In this document: piece by piece, positions 43,296 through 56,544 of the stretch | Layout of the letters: each line of letters begins with the position of its first letter | Position numbering within the stretch: position 1 is the stretch's first letter | From: Octopus vulgaris | Lineage: Eukaryota | DNA: 64,000 bases | NCBI GenBank assembly: GCA_951406725.2 | Contig: OX597827.1 | Location: 36,580,001-36,644,000, forward strand | Direction of reading: 5' to 3' | Position numbers and translations under genes: made by a program | Notes under the pieces: generated by a model | Database searches by the model: none | What the model saw: the letters and a program-made list of their open reading frames with translations, nothing else | Told to the model about the DNA's origin: nothing

Positions 43296-44330
43296 ATCGT
43301 TACTTTGGAAGTCGGCTTCCTACATTTACGTATTTCCGGCTGTTTTATATAACTATCCCCGACTATTAGAGAATGCCCTCCATTTAACGGTCCAGCGAAG
43401 TCTATGCGTAATCTCGACCAAGGTATGTTAGTGTTGGACCAAGGTTGAATTTTTACAGGTGGTGCCTCTGCTGTCAGGGCACAACCCTTGCAGGCTTTCA
43501 CTAATTTTTCAATATCCTGATCCATACTAGGCAAGTAGACATAGCTTCTCATCAATGCTTTCATTCTCGCGATTCATGTGGGATTCTTTTAACTTACGGA
43601 TTGCAGAGAAACAGGTATTACAACCTTCTGAGTGCATATAAGTACGTCGTCACATATCGTCTCGGTTACACGAGTTTTTGTATTTGTTTCAAACTTCACT
43701 ATATTTTTCATTTTTATTATGAATGCATCCTTCTCTGCTTTAATTTTTTATTTCTTCTAAAGTGACGGGTAGTTCACGTACTACGTTGCAGAGCATAATT
43801 TTTATTTCGATTTCGGCTTTTAATGCCGCTATTACCATCTCTTCTAACGTTCAATTGTATTTAGGAATCAATCTTGATAGCCCATCCGGGTGTCTTAATT
43901 TTTTCGATGGTAGAAATTCCATCTTAAAATCATAATTTAGCAAGATCACCCCCACCCCACCCCCAGCGCTGCAATCGGTTGGCTGTATGTGTGGGGATAC
44001 CCTTTTTCGATCTGTAAATTGATAACAAAGGGCGTTGATCTGTTTGCAGACTGAATTTCCTTCCATGTATGAATTTGTGAAATTTTTCACCACAAAAATA
44101 ATGGCTAGTACCTCCTTCTCAATTTGGCTGTAGTTTTTATCAGCCGCCAACAATTAACGTGAAGCATGAGCGATGGGTTTTATGCAACCATTTTCATACT
44201 TGTGTGAAATTACCGCTCCTATACCACTTTCGCTAGCATCTGATGCTACCACTATTTTTAGAATTAGATCAAAGTACGATAATGACAGTTCCAATGTTAA
44301 AACTTTTTAAATTTCTTGGAACACTTTTTG
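43296..44330 (-). mobile_element. Gypsy LTR-retrotransposon pol fragment (RNase H, integrase N-terminus)
   Basis: DASESGIGAVISH, NYSQIEKEVLAIIFVVK, DGLSRL, MKALMRSYVY.PSMDQDIE..VKAC..C, PWSRLRIDFAGP. Confidence 0.9.
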
Positions 44331-44515
44331 ACACTTGTCTGACCAAACTATTTTACGCTTTTTTCAATAGGTTGTTTAGGGGTGCTCTTAGCCCATGCCT
44401 GTTTATAGCCCCAGGAGGACACCTCCTCCAGCTGGCTAACGACACAGTCTGATACATACATACATACATACATACATACATACACACATATATATACACA
44501 CACACATATGTATAC

Positions 44516-44616
<101 letters not shown>

Positions 44617-44682
44617 AATATATATATACATATATACACACATACACACACACTCACACACACTCGCACACATACATATATA

Positions 44683-44850
44683 CAGTAATCCCTGAACTAT
44701 CGCGGGTGTTCCGTTCGAAAATCACCCACGGTAGGTGAAAATCAGCAAAGGAGAAGCGGTACTGTACCGTATATTTTTCTTTATTATTTTTATAACTTGC
44801 ATATATGTATTTTATTATAAATGCAAAACAACACCACGTAGGAATCGACG
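44683..44850 (+). mobile_element. Tigger/pogo-like MITE left end
   Basis: TA|cagtaatccctgaactatcgcgg terminus. Confidence 0.55.
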
Positions 44851-44854
44851 TAAG

Positions 44855-45682
44855 TGTAGTAAGTTGTCTAGAATGTTCTGTTGCGAGTTTTGTTTAGAAT
44901 GTTGAAGGAAAGTCAGATGGCGTATGTATGAACGATTTCAGCATACTTTATTTCAGAAGAGGTAACTCTCTTGTACAAGCGGTAGTAAGTGATATTATAA
45001 TTTCGTTGAATAAAATGTATGAGAACATAACGTACAATTGCGAGTGTTGGATGACAAGAAGAGTTTCAACAGACTTACTAATGGATAGCCCTTCGTGGCT
45101 TAAATGATTCCAAAAGTTGCATGGCGTAGTTATTTTGAGAGTCATGGAGTGAGTGTTGAAACGAAGCGGTGGAGGAAAAAGATCCTCAACGGTTGGATGA
45201 TTGATAAAAATTAGAGGCCATCTTCGATGCGGTGTCCAAATGGCGGCGAACGGTAAAATTAAGCCCGAGTGAGGCCAGGTCTGTGTGTTTTGGCGAGCAT
45301 AATATGTAGGTGTGCCTTTTTTGCTCATTTAATTTTTTTTTTGTTTTTTTTTAGAATATTTCTTGACGTCGGGAAATCACCAATGTAGCAAGTTGTCTGG
45401 AGTGTTCTGTTGCGTGTTTTGTTTAGAATGTTGAAGGAAAGTCAGAAGGCGAATGTATGAACGAACTCAACATACTTTATTTCAGGAAAGGTAACCCTCT
45501 CGTATGAGCGGTAGTAAGTGATATTACATTTTTTAAGTAAACGTTGAATATGTGTGGGAACAGAATGTACAATTGCGAGTGTTGGATGATAAGGAGAGTT
45601 TCAACAGACACACTAAAGAATGGCCCATTCGTGGCTTAAATAATTCCAGGAGTTGCAAGGCGTAGTTAATTTGAGAGTCATG
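44855..45682. repeat. Diverged direct duplication of ~290 bp (44855-45146 and 45384-45682)
   Basis: Co-linear gtag.aagttgtct.ga.tgttctgttgcg ... gcgtagtta.tttgagagtcatg. Confidence 0.85.
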
Positions 45683-46317
45683 CTAGCGTATAAAAATGTG
45701 ATGTTAACACTACACCGGCCGAGCTGCATAACCAGCTCTTTCAAAAAGCGCACGATACTGCTGGGCAGAAGCTGCCACATGTATTCTTCCGCAGCCAGCT
45801 CTAATGGTTCGAAGTGGACATAGCGCGACCTGTTACTCCGCCACGACAAAATATAGCCCTCCAGGCAGCCTATATAAGTTTAAATAATAAACCGCGATAT
45901 GACGAAGGATTACTGCATATACATAGGATAGTAATAAATAAAAACGGCACAACCTCCCCACTAGCATCCCACACCTCTTCCCTGTACCATAATCAGCACC
46001 ACTATCATCAACAAGAACTGCAGCAATGTCAACAACCCGAGTTACTGCAATACAAACAGTGTCAGTGCAGTATTTAGTTTTGTATGTGTATGTTTTTAGT
46101 TCAAATCCTAACAAGATCGACACTACCTGACAGCTTGCTGAGATCGATAAAATAAGTTCTCGTCATTTAATAGTCATGCTCGAAACGTGTTTTGGTGAGT
46201 TGGAAGACTCGGATGTGTGTCTCACTCTTGGCCTATTTTTTTACGTCACTTCATATTCTAATTTCAAATCCCGTTCAAGTCGACTTTGCTTTTAAATGTT
46301 CAGGGGCAGATGAAATA

Positions 46318-46548
46318 TCTATTTCTTTACTACCCACAAGGGGCTAAACACAGAGGGGACAAACAAGGACAGACACACGGATTAAGTCGATTACATCGAC
46401 CCCAGTGCGTAACTGGTACTTATTTAATCGACCCCGAAAGGATGAAAGGCAAAGTCGACCTCGGCGGAATTTGAACTCAGAACGTAGTGGCAGACGAAAT
46501 ACCGCTAAGCATTTCTTCCGGTCTGCTAACGACTCTGCCAGTTCGCCT
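46318..46548 (-). mobile_element. Octopus-type SINE
   Basis: Same family as 30688; abuts a decayed opposite-strand copy at ~46190-46300. Confidence 0.9.
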
Positions 46549-46663
46549 ATCAGTAGAGTGCTGAATTCCATTTTAAATCCTTACATCCTACACACCAAAA
46601 TTATCACATTGTACTTAGAAATCAATATTATAAGTTCGAAAGACTCAGAGATCTGTAAAATAT

Positions 46664-47931
46664 TAGATACCAGAGATATATTAATGGTACCATTCCCAAC
46701 GATTACATCTTAGATACCAGAGATATACTAATGGTACCATTCCAAACGATTACATCTTAGATACCAGAGATATACTATTGGTACCATTCCCAACGATTAC
46801 ATCTTAGATACCAGAGATATACCAATGGTACCATTCCAAACGATTACATCTTAGATACCAGAGATATACTGTTGGTACCATTCCCAACGATTACATCTTA
46901 GATACCAGAGATATATCAATGGTACCATTCCCAACGATTATATCTTAGATACCAGAGATATACCAATGGTACCATTCCCAATGATTACATCTTAGATACC
47001 AGAGATATATCAATGGTACCATTCCCAACGATTACATCTTAGATACCAGAGATATACCAATGGTACCATTCCCAACGATTACATCTTAGATACCAGAGAT
47101 ATACCAATGGTACCATTCCAAACGATTACATCTTAGATACCAGAGATATACCAATGGTACCATTCCAAACGATTACATCTTAGATACCAGAGATATACTA
47201 TTGGTACCATTCCAAACGATTACATCTTAGATACCAGAGATATACTATTGGTACCATTCCCAACGATTACATCTTAGATACCAGAGATATACCAATGGTA
47301 CCATTCCCAACGATTACATCTTAGATACCAGAGATATGCCAATGGTACCATTCCCAACGATTACATCTTAGATACCAGAGATATATCAATGGTACCATTC
47401 CAAACGATTACATCTTAGATACCAGAGATATACTATTGGTACCATTCCAAACGATTACATCTTAGATACCAGAGATATACTATTGGTACCATTCCCAACG
47501 ATTACATCTTAGATACCAGAGATATACCAATGGTACCATTCCAAACGATTACATCTTAGATACCAGAGATATACTATTGGTACCATTCCAAACGATTACA
47601 TCTTAGATACCAGAGATATATCAATGGTACCATTCCCAACGATTACATCTTAGATACCAGAGATATACCAATGGTACCATTCCCAACGATTACATCTTAG
47701 ATACCAGAGATATACCAATGGTACCATTCCCAACGATTACATCTTAGATACCAGAGATATGCCAATGGTACCATTCCCAACGATTACATCTTAGATACCA
47801 GAGATATACCAATGGTACCATTCCCAACGATTACATCTTAGATACCAGAGATATACCAATGGTACCATTCCCAACGATTACATCTTAGATACCAGAGATA
47901 TACCAATGGTGCCATTCCCAACGATTACATC
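46664..47931. repeat. 47-bp minisatellite, 27 copies
   Basis: Unit tagataccagagatatac(c/t)a(a/t)tggtaccattcc(c/a)aacgattacatct; 46664+26x47=47886 starts the last copy. Confidence 0.98.
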
Positions 47932-48527
47932 ACAGTGGGATGTGATCAATAAAATTCTCCTTGGGCTTTGTAAACAATTAGAAAACCATTACAACTACTA
48001 CTGCTGCTGCTGTTGTTGTTGCTGTTACTTTTGCCGTTATTACTTTCCTATTAAAGCACTTCACACCTGGTATTCAAAAAGTAATGACAGGTGCAATGAA
48101 TATAAATATGTGGGTATATGTATGTATGTATGTAAGTATGTATTATGTATGTATGTATGTATGTATGTATGTATGTATGTATGTATATCTATCTGTGTGT
48201 ATATATATGTATATGCATGTATATATATGTATGTAGATATCTATGTGTGTATACATATATATATACTACAATATACATACACACATAACACACACACGCA
48301 CACACACACATACACAAACACACACACACATATATATATATAAGCATACTTTTATAAATATATGCATTTATATAGATAAATAGATAGATAGATAGATACA
48401 TACATACACACATACACATATGCATATATATATATATACATACATACATACATACGTATATATATATATACACACACACATTCAGGTGAATGTGTAAATG
48501 TACATCCATATATAGATGTTTGTATAT

Positions 48528-48591
<64 letters not shown>

Positions 48592-49477
48592 AATGTACAC
48601 AGACATACGCACATATGTATTTCCGCATGTTTACAAATATAAGCGCATACAATAAACATATACACACATACACGCATTAAGTATGTGTAACAGAGGGGCG
48701 GTATGTGTGCGTATGTATGTGTGGCGCGGGTGTGTATATTTATGTGCGTTTTGTGTGCATGTACATATCATGACAATTATTCAAATGAATATATTATATT
48801 TCAGGGGTGGACAGATTGTGTTGAAATGGGAGTGAGAAAAGGATTTAAAAAGGAAAATAAATAACGAGTCAACAATACATGTGTATACATAGCTGTACAT
48901 ACTTCTATGTACATGTATGTATGTATGTATGTATGTATGTATGTATGTATGTATGTATGTATGTATGTATGTATGTATGTATGTATGTATGTATGTATGT
49001 ATGTATGTATGTGCATGTACGAACACATACGGATGTGTATGTGCTTTGAGGCTGTAGCTATTTTCTTATTTTTACAAAGTGAATGCCATGTTAATAATGT
49101 ATTAAGGTGTCAAGAAGCTCAATTTATGAACTATTTCTGACTAAGTATATATCTGTGTCAATATCGTCAATGTCCTTACCATTCCAGCCACGATCAGACA
49201 TTAGTGAATACGTCAAAACACACCGACTAAACCCACCCGTTCCACCACTACACTACCTTTTTACACGAACCCGCACGCTCACACAGTGATATCAATACTT
49301 AATGTATGGCTTAAACTTTTAGATAACATGACGAAACTTCACCTGGTGCGATTTTATGTGTGTGTGTGCGTGCGTGCGTGTACCTATCATCATATATGTG
49401 TACATATACATACATACATACCTACATATGTATAAATATTTATATATATATATATACATACATATATACATATATAC

Positions 49478-49542
<65 letters not shown>

Positions 49543-49662
49543 TACATACATATATACACAGATAGATAGGATAGTTTGTAGAAATACATAAACCCGGAGG
49601 AGAAGCACACTCTAAAATGTAGACCAGTTTATATTATAATCGGCCTATCCCACTATAATATA

Positions 49663-49721
<59 letters not shown>

Positions 49722-49989
49722 TTAATAATGATAGGCAGAACAGAGATTTTTCACATCCATAATTTAATTTAAGTTATTTACAGTTTCAACCTGCATTAAT
49801 AAAAGCAGCTGCAAATATACTGCCTGCACTGACCTGTAATCCTCATACTTGCAACATCAGAGGGCTTCTTCGCAAATCGTTGGCGAGACTCAACTGTCAC
49901 ATTCGACATGAGCATTATGACTGACAAAGAAAGTATAGGTTGTCGGATTCTCATACGTCGAAACCGTCGGAAGAGTCTATCATATATAT

Positions 49990-50361
49990 ATATATATGAT
50001 ATATACAAACTTCCAAAAAGATGGCACTTTTTTCCGATAAAACCAAGAACTTATACCTTGTAGAAAACAGCACATATGCACGACTCCTACATAGCAGCAT
50101 TATTAACAATTACACCAAAGCCAGGCAAGAAATTTATAACGGAGTTGATAAAGGAGCTAGCATTATAGCCACCAGATTTAAATTAAAGAGCATTTTTTGA
50201 TTGCCTCTATAACTGATGAGATGCCGGAGCAGTTTTCCGCCCCGACATCCGAAACTCGGAGTCTTATTATGGCAACCGAATAATTGTCACATATTATGAC
50301 AGATAAATTCCTCTATTTACATAATATCGAGGTTTCACTCATTCTTTTGTTGTCTTACCTT

Positions 50362-50365
<4 letters not shown>
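49990..50365 (+). mobile_element. Deleted PLE fragment (pre-RT bit fused to 3' tail)
   Basis: EIYNGVDKGASIIATRFKL-like stretch, then a hammerhead; flanked by (TA)n. Confidence 0.5.
50209..50267 (+). ncRNA. Candidate hammerhead ribozyme
   Basis: ataa-CTGATGA-gatgccgg...ccgacatc-c-GAAA-ctcggag-TC-ttat. Confidence 0.75.
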
Positions 50366-50404
<39 letters not shown>

Positions 50405-50474
50405 TATAGTGGGCCGTCTCTACTCTGTTCATTGGTGTATGTATGCATGTATGCACCTGATGTGTGAAAGTGTG

Positions 50475-52500
50475 TACTTTGTACTTGTTGACTGTGGGTC
50501 TTGCTTTGCAAGTTGACAAACTCAACGTTGTAGTTCACCGTTTTTTGCTGAAATTAGTTACCTCGTATCCCAGGAATATGCAACAGCTCGCTCTAAAGCA
50601 TTGTTCCAAGCATAAATAGTTGTCGAATGCACTCCTCCAGTATGTTCCAATCCCGAGAAGGCAGAGCGAAAAGAGAACCTTCACGTGTTTCATGACACAC
50701 ACTGCTAAAAGCCTTGTCATAATTTCACCTCGAAAGTACCGTTTCTGCCGAGATCACCAATCTTTACTGATTTGCGGAGTAAATCTTCGGTGTAGATCTC
50801 TCACAAATAACTTTTATAGTCAACAGCTGTTTTGGCCATTAATCCCTAATTTCTCCATACAAAATCTGTCACTAGTCATCTCTTCCGTCTTGCAATATAA
50901 AAACAAAATTAAACTCCTTACAGGAAAGATGTCCCCTTGCATCCATGTGCCTTATCCCACGGATACAGATTCTTAACATTGTCTTTAACTATTAGGTCGT
51001 CAAGTATGAAATTTATAGAAAAGAAAAAAGTTTGTTAAAGGAATAGTTTTATTCATCAAAGTATGTACTTTTGCCATTTCAGCAGCAACTTATCCAGCCT
51101 GGAAATATAAAAGCTTGGCAATCTAGAGTCAATAAAATCTTGGAATTAATTTTTTTCCCATCAAAAAGTTATCCAAATTCTAGAAGAAGTGGTAGTCAGT
51201 GGGGGTAAGTATGGTGGATGATGGAGAACTTCCAACTCCAGCTCCAGTAGTTTCGCTAATGTCACTTTTGCGATGTGTGGTCTGGCGCTGTCTTGCAATA
51301 AAATAGGAGTGGGTCTGTTGACTAATCTAGGCTGTTTTTTGTAAGTTTCTGCATCATTTGGTCCATTTGGCTGCAGTATACATCGGTCGGGATTGATGAG
51401 CTAGGTTTAATGAAATTATAATGGACCACATCTGCGCCAGACCACCAAACACACACCATCAGCTTCTTTTGATGATTTTTGCTTTTTGGACTGTGTTTTG
51501 ACGGTTCGTTTTTGTCTAACCATTGTGCTGAACGTTTACGGTTGTTGTATTGGATCCATTTCTCATCATGTCACAATTCGATTAAAAAATTATTCAGTTT
51601 TGTGACGAGAAAATAGCATAATGCAGACTTCCAAACGTTGCTGTTTCTGATTTTCATTGAGTTCATGTGGAACCCACTTATGCAACTTTTTCACTTTACC
51701 GATTTGAACTAGGTGAGTCAGTATTGTTTGCTTGCTAACATCAAACGACAACGATAATTCACGGCAACTTTGAGATGGATATGACTCGACGGTGGCTTTC
51801 ACTTCGTCATTATCCACCTTTGTTTCTGGTCGACCGCGTTGCTCATTTGCGAGGTCAAAGTTACCAGGACGAAATTTTGCAAACCAATTTGATACTGTCT
51901 GCTGTGTAATAACATTAGAATGAAATACTCCATTAATATTCCGAGCTGTCTGTGATGCTATATTTCTAAGAAAGAACTCAAATTTCAAAACTGTACGAAT
52001 TTCCTCTAAACAGAACTAGAAAAAATCGATTTATAAATTCTTTATAAAGCGCAAAATAATTTGGAATAAAGAAATAGATGTGTCAGCTTTCTAACAAAAA
52101 ATAAGGTTTATCAAAATATTAATGGCGCAAAATGAGTAGCTTTCAAAGTTTACCATATTACCTTACTACAAATTTCATACTTGACGACCTAATATATCGC
52201 CTCCATAAACAACCATGGTATAGCTTTATACTTATAGTATGTTCCTTCTGACATACCTTCAGTAAAACTCTTTTCATGACAGCAAAAAGTTTCAACTTCT
52301 ACCGTGTGGATGACAATAGGCGCATTTGATTGATTAGCATTGCATAGATTTAAATGTTTATAAGTTCTTTATTATTAATTTCCTGAAAAAAATGAACATG
52401 TTTTTCGTCATCAGCATAGAACATTTTAGAACAATCAAGTGGAATTTTAAATTCATTAAGTAGCTGGAAGAAATTGAACTCTATCGATTTTGCTGCAGTT
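50475..52500 (-). pseudogene. Merlin (IS1595/ISXO2-like) transposase pseudogene split by a mariner
   Basis: KTAVDYKSYL*EIYTEDLL, VKIGDLG, FSSVCHETREGSLFALPSRDWNILEECIRQ, VNYNVEFVNLQSKTHSQQVQS; frame continues across the mariner TA. Confidence 0.75.
50992..52192 (-). mobile_element. Mariner transposon (cecropia/Hsmar1-like), perfect 23-bp TIRs, TA TSD
   Basis: ttaggtcgtcaagtatgaaattt / aaatttcatacttgacgacctaa; GRP, WVPHEL, HDEKWIQY, QDSARPH; stops and deletions. Confidence 0.93.
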
Positions 52501-52989
52501 TCTAAGACAAGTTGTGGCACCATGCACAACCATCCTCGTTGACTGGAATATTAGTAGTGTGTAGTGTTGCTGTTATTGTTTCGTATCAATTCTGCTCTGA
52601 CAAAAAAAACCTATGACCAAAGATATTCTAACCATTACCATCCCGTAATGTAATTTTTTATGATCCTCGCCAGATTGAACTGAAACATCAATTAGAAGAA
52701 TACAGATGAGGAACTGACGTTACCCTGATTCCCAGAGTATTTTTTGCCCCAGATCAGTCCTTCCTTCCATGCTGAAGCTGACACCCACCGCCGCCAAAAA
52801 CAAAAACAACAACAACAAAACTTTATTAGTATACACAAGCCTCGGCATGCAAGAAACATGTTGATGAAACAGAAACAGCTTCAACATCCACTCTATGTTC
52901 AAAAGTTGTACTTGGAATGGGATAAAGCAAGGGCAATCAGTACAGTCGCAAACCTTGAATAACAAGTCAATAACAGGTTTCAACAATTT

Positions 52990-54110
52990 AATTCTGGTCT
53001 TTAATATTTACAGAGATGACTTGTTGAAGTAGAAAACATAGGAAAAAAGACGACAAAATAAACATTTCATTCAAATTCAGATTAATGATAATACAGACAT
53101 TAGACAAATACCAACAGAATACTTCCGATTTCATGAAAAAATGAAAGTTGATCTAACAAAATTTTACATAAGCATTATTCAGAAAAATTGATTATTACAT
53201 CATCAAAAGAGACAACTATACCATATATTTTAAAGATAATAATCATGAGGAAGCTGATACATCGATGGTTTGCTTAGCAACAAATGCATTACAGAACTGT
53301 CTTGAAGCACAAGTGGTCTTCAGCTTAGATACTGATGTCTTCATTCTGGCTGTTATACATCATGACAAACTCTGCAGATACAATACGACAAGTATCGCAT
53401 CAGGTAAGCTGGCAGAAACGTTAGCGCGCCGGGCAAAATGCGTAGCCGTATTTCGTCTGTCTTGACGTTCTGAGTTCAAATTCCGCCGAGGTTGACTTTG
53501 CCTTTCATCCTTTCGGGGTCGATTAAATAAGTACCAGTTACACACTGGGGTCGATATAATCGACTTAATCCGTTTGTCTGTCCTTGTTTGTCCCCTCTGT
53601 GTTTGGCCCTTTGTGGCTAGTAAAGAAATAGGTATCGCATCAGGTGTTTTGGAGACTGAGCCAATTTGGATTGTTCTGAGGTGAGGCAAAGCAATAATGT
53701 AGCCAGTATTGCACCAACTGAATCAGACAATTTCCTGGAGTAGGCAAAAAAAAAAAAAAATGATTTCAATTGAAACTGAATGAAGAATGCAAGATAATAC
53801 ATAAGATAACAAATGTTCTGGATTTAAGGTGGAATATCTCTTGAAAACATATGGGTGAAAGTAGCAAATTCCCTATATTGGATTCTTTGGCCCAGAAAAA
53901 AAATATTAGACAAGCATACTTAATTCAGTTTCTAGATTGAATTCAGTTTCTAGATTGACTAATAGATGAGTTTGCATAAAATATATATTTTACAGTGGTC
54001 ATTTTGAAAATGTAAGATGCTGACCATACAGATCTCTGTACAAAAACCACTATTAATTTTCAGATCTTCCATTCTCTGATGATTCCAAAAATGTTTCAGG
54101 TTTAATAATC
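52990..54110 (+). mobile_element. Academ-like transposon remnant (XPG/PIN-like domain)
   Basis: NHEEADTSMVCL ... VFSLDTDVFIL at ~53240-53350; interrupted by a SINE; boundaries uncertain. Confidence 0.55.
53406..53631 (+). mobile_element. Octopus-type SINE with 14-bp TSD
   Basis: gtatcgcatcaggt at 53392-53405 and 53632-53645. Confidence 0.93.
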
Positions 54111-54892
54111 TCCAAAGTTTTTAACTAAAATTGATTAAAGATTGTGAACCTGGCCACATTGCAAATCACACGCTACCATTTTAGAAGGAAGGGACACATT
54201 GAACAATATATGTAACCCTACATATGGACTACGTCTGAATGAAAAATAGAGAAGTGATGGCTTGAACATTAGTTTTGGTCGTATGGGATGTTGATCTGTG
54301 GTTAAGTGGTGTGAAGGCGGTAGGTGCCAGTGGTTGATGGGAAGAGGAGAATAATCTATATAAGCAACAGAATAATCTCTATAATAACAAAACCAACAAA
54401 GTATCAGTGTGAAGACAACAACAGTAGCAGTAATAACAATAGCAGTAACAATAGTAATACTAATAATGACAGTAACGATAACAGTAAGAGCAGTAACAAC
54501 CACTAGGGATAATGGTGGATATTGGGGAGAGAGAGGGGGTAGAGAAGGAAAGAGAGAGAGAGAGAGAGAGAGTGTGTGTGTGTGAAAAAGGGAATGTGTG
54601 TGAAAGAGAGAGAGAAAGAGAAAGGAAGAGAGGTAAAACAGTATTGTGTGGGTCAATACACAAGCAGCGTAGCTACAGAGGAATGCAGATATCAGTGAGA
54701 TAGCAGGATGGCCATTGTGTCATTTGAATGGTTGGCGGGGGTGAAAAGATTGAATGTACCCCGGTTATCAGTAAAACTTCAGATTTTACAAACTATTAAA
54801 CACAAAATTCCGACAAGGAAACACATTTATTTCAAGAGAAAAAGTTTGAAAGAACAAAAGTATTTCGTAGACATGAAAACAAATCTCTAATA

Positions 54893-55040
54893 CCATCATC
54901 ATCATCATCATCCTCGTCATCATCATCGTTTAACATACCCTTTTTCATGCTTGCGTAAGTCAGATGGAATTTTCTGTGGCAGATTTCTATGGCTGGATGC
55001 CCGTCCTGTTGCCAACCCTCTCCTGCTTTCAAGTAAAGAA
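54893..55040 (-). mobile_element. SINE 3' fragment with (GAT)n tail
   Basis: ggttggcaacaggacgggcatccagccatagaaa domain. Confidence 0.5.
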
Positions 55041-55642
55041 ACCACCATCACCACCACCACCACCATTTCCGATATAATCATAATCAACACACCCTGAAAG
55101 GTTTTTGTCAAAATTTGCATTGAAAAATACCTTATTTTTCAGAAAGTTATGAAGAAACAAAAATGACTCGCATGAATTTTCTGAAACTCCTCTCCTCACA
55201 TAGTTTTTCACAACAAATTCAGATATAATTGGAGCATATTTGAATAAAATTTCATAAAAAAATATTCATTTTTTCTGGAAGTTATAAAGAAACAAAGTTG
55301 GTAGGCATATTTGTGTACATATGCCCATTGCTTTAACATAATACTAGTTTAAATAACTACATATCAGCTTGCTTTGCTTCACTTTGAGTTTGTATGTAAC
55401 AATATTCAATTATATAACTACTTACGAACAGGGTGTTTTCACACCTTTTTTACCATAAGGGAGATTTCTTTCTCCACAGTAACTACAGTGTATTTGCCTT
55501 TAGCTGTTAGATATGTGACAAACATATTTCAACTAACCTAAATTGTGATTATATGTAAACACTGCTTAGCACCATTACTCCGATATTTTTCTCGATCGGG
55601 CGATGTACTTGTGCAAATCAGTTAATGTGTTGGCTGAATCAT

Positions 55643-56064
55643 ATCTATAAAAGGGAGGATGTGTGTGTGTGTGTGTGTGCGTGTGTGTGTGTGTACGTAC
55701 GTGATTGTAATTTATGCACGTCCACAAATTAGCACGCATGTCGCTCCAATTTTAGGACATTTGTCAACATCCTATTTGGGTTTTGTCAACTTATTATTTT
55801 CCCCGAAGCACCCGTGGGTAGCGTAAATATCTATTTTCAGACATAGCTTTTAGCCACGAAAAATATCAGCCTTAGCTTTTTGATGGCGTCTAACAAAAAA
55901 AAAAGATAAAGAAAAGTGGAAGAAGGAGGCAGAGAGTTTCACGGAAAAGACAAAGTGAGAGAGGGAGAGACAGAGATTAAACGACAACGTTCTTGCCAGC
56001 GTCTAACAAAAAAAAGATAAAGAAAAGTGGAAGAAGGAGGAAGAGAGTTTCACGAGAAAGACAA

Positions 56065-56116
<52 letters not shown>

Positions 56117-56518
56117 AGTTATGACGTTCATAAAAAATAAAATGTAAAATGTTTTTTTTTTGGTTTTGAAAGATAATATATTTTATAATCATAGTATATA
56201 TACATTAGTGAAAATCATGCGAGTGTTAATCTACAAATTTAACAACATTTTCCCCATTCATTTCTGTTTATGAGCATGTATGTATGCACAAAACATGCAA
56301 TAGGTGTACGTACGTACGTGTGTGTATGTGTGTTCGTGTCTGTTGCCCATATATATTTATATTATATTATATATATATAATATATACATAATATAACTGA
56401 TTTCAACGGATTTCGCCCAAATTTGACGTCTATATTACTTAGTTTGGTTTGAAATAAAGAACTTGATTAGCTTAATAATCGTAACTTAATCCCGGGCAAG
56501 GCTGGGTTATACTGCTAG
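55643..56518 (+). mobile_element. Non-autonomous Helitron (composite)
   Basis: A|TCtataaaag start with GT microsatellite; internal ~75-bp direct duplication (55886, 55999); ends cccgggcaaggctgggttatactgCTAG|T. Confidence 0.7.
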
Positions 56519-56544
56519 TTATATATAAAGCTATAAGCTTTATT

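Noticed and set aside
49740-49980. Half-hammerhead strings (gaaactgta on -, gaaaccgtc on +); similar at ~60412-60425
   Set aside because: No matching CUGANGA box and stem I could be assigned
52700-52986. Possible host exon (ends ..WESG|gtaac on -)
   Set aside because: No acceptor AG after the pyrimidine tract and no recognisable protein similarity
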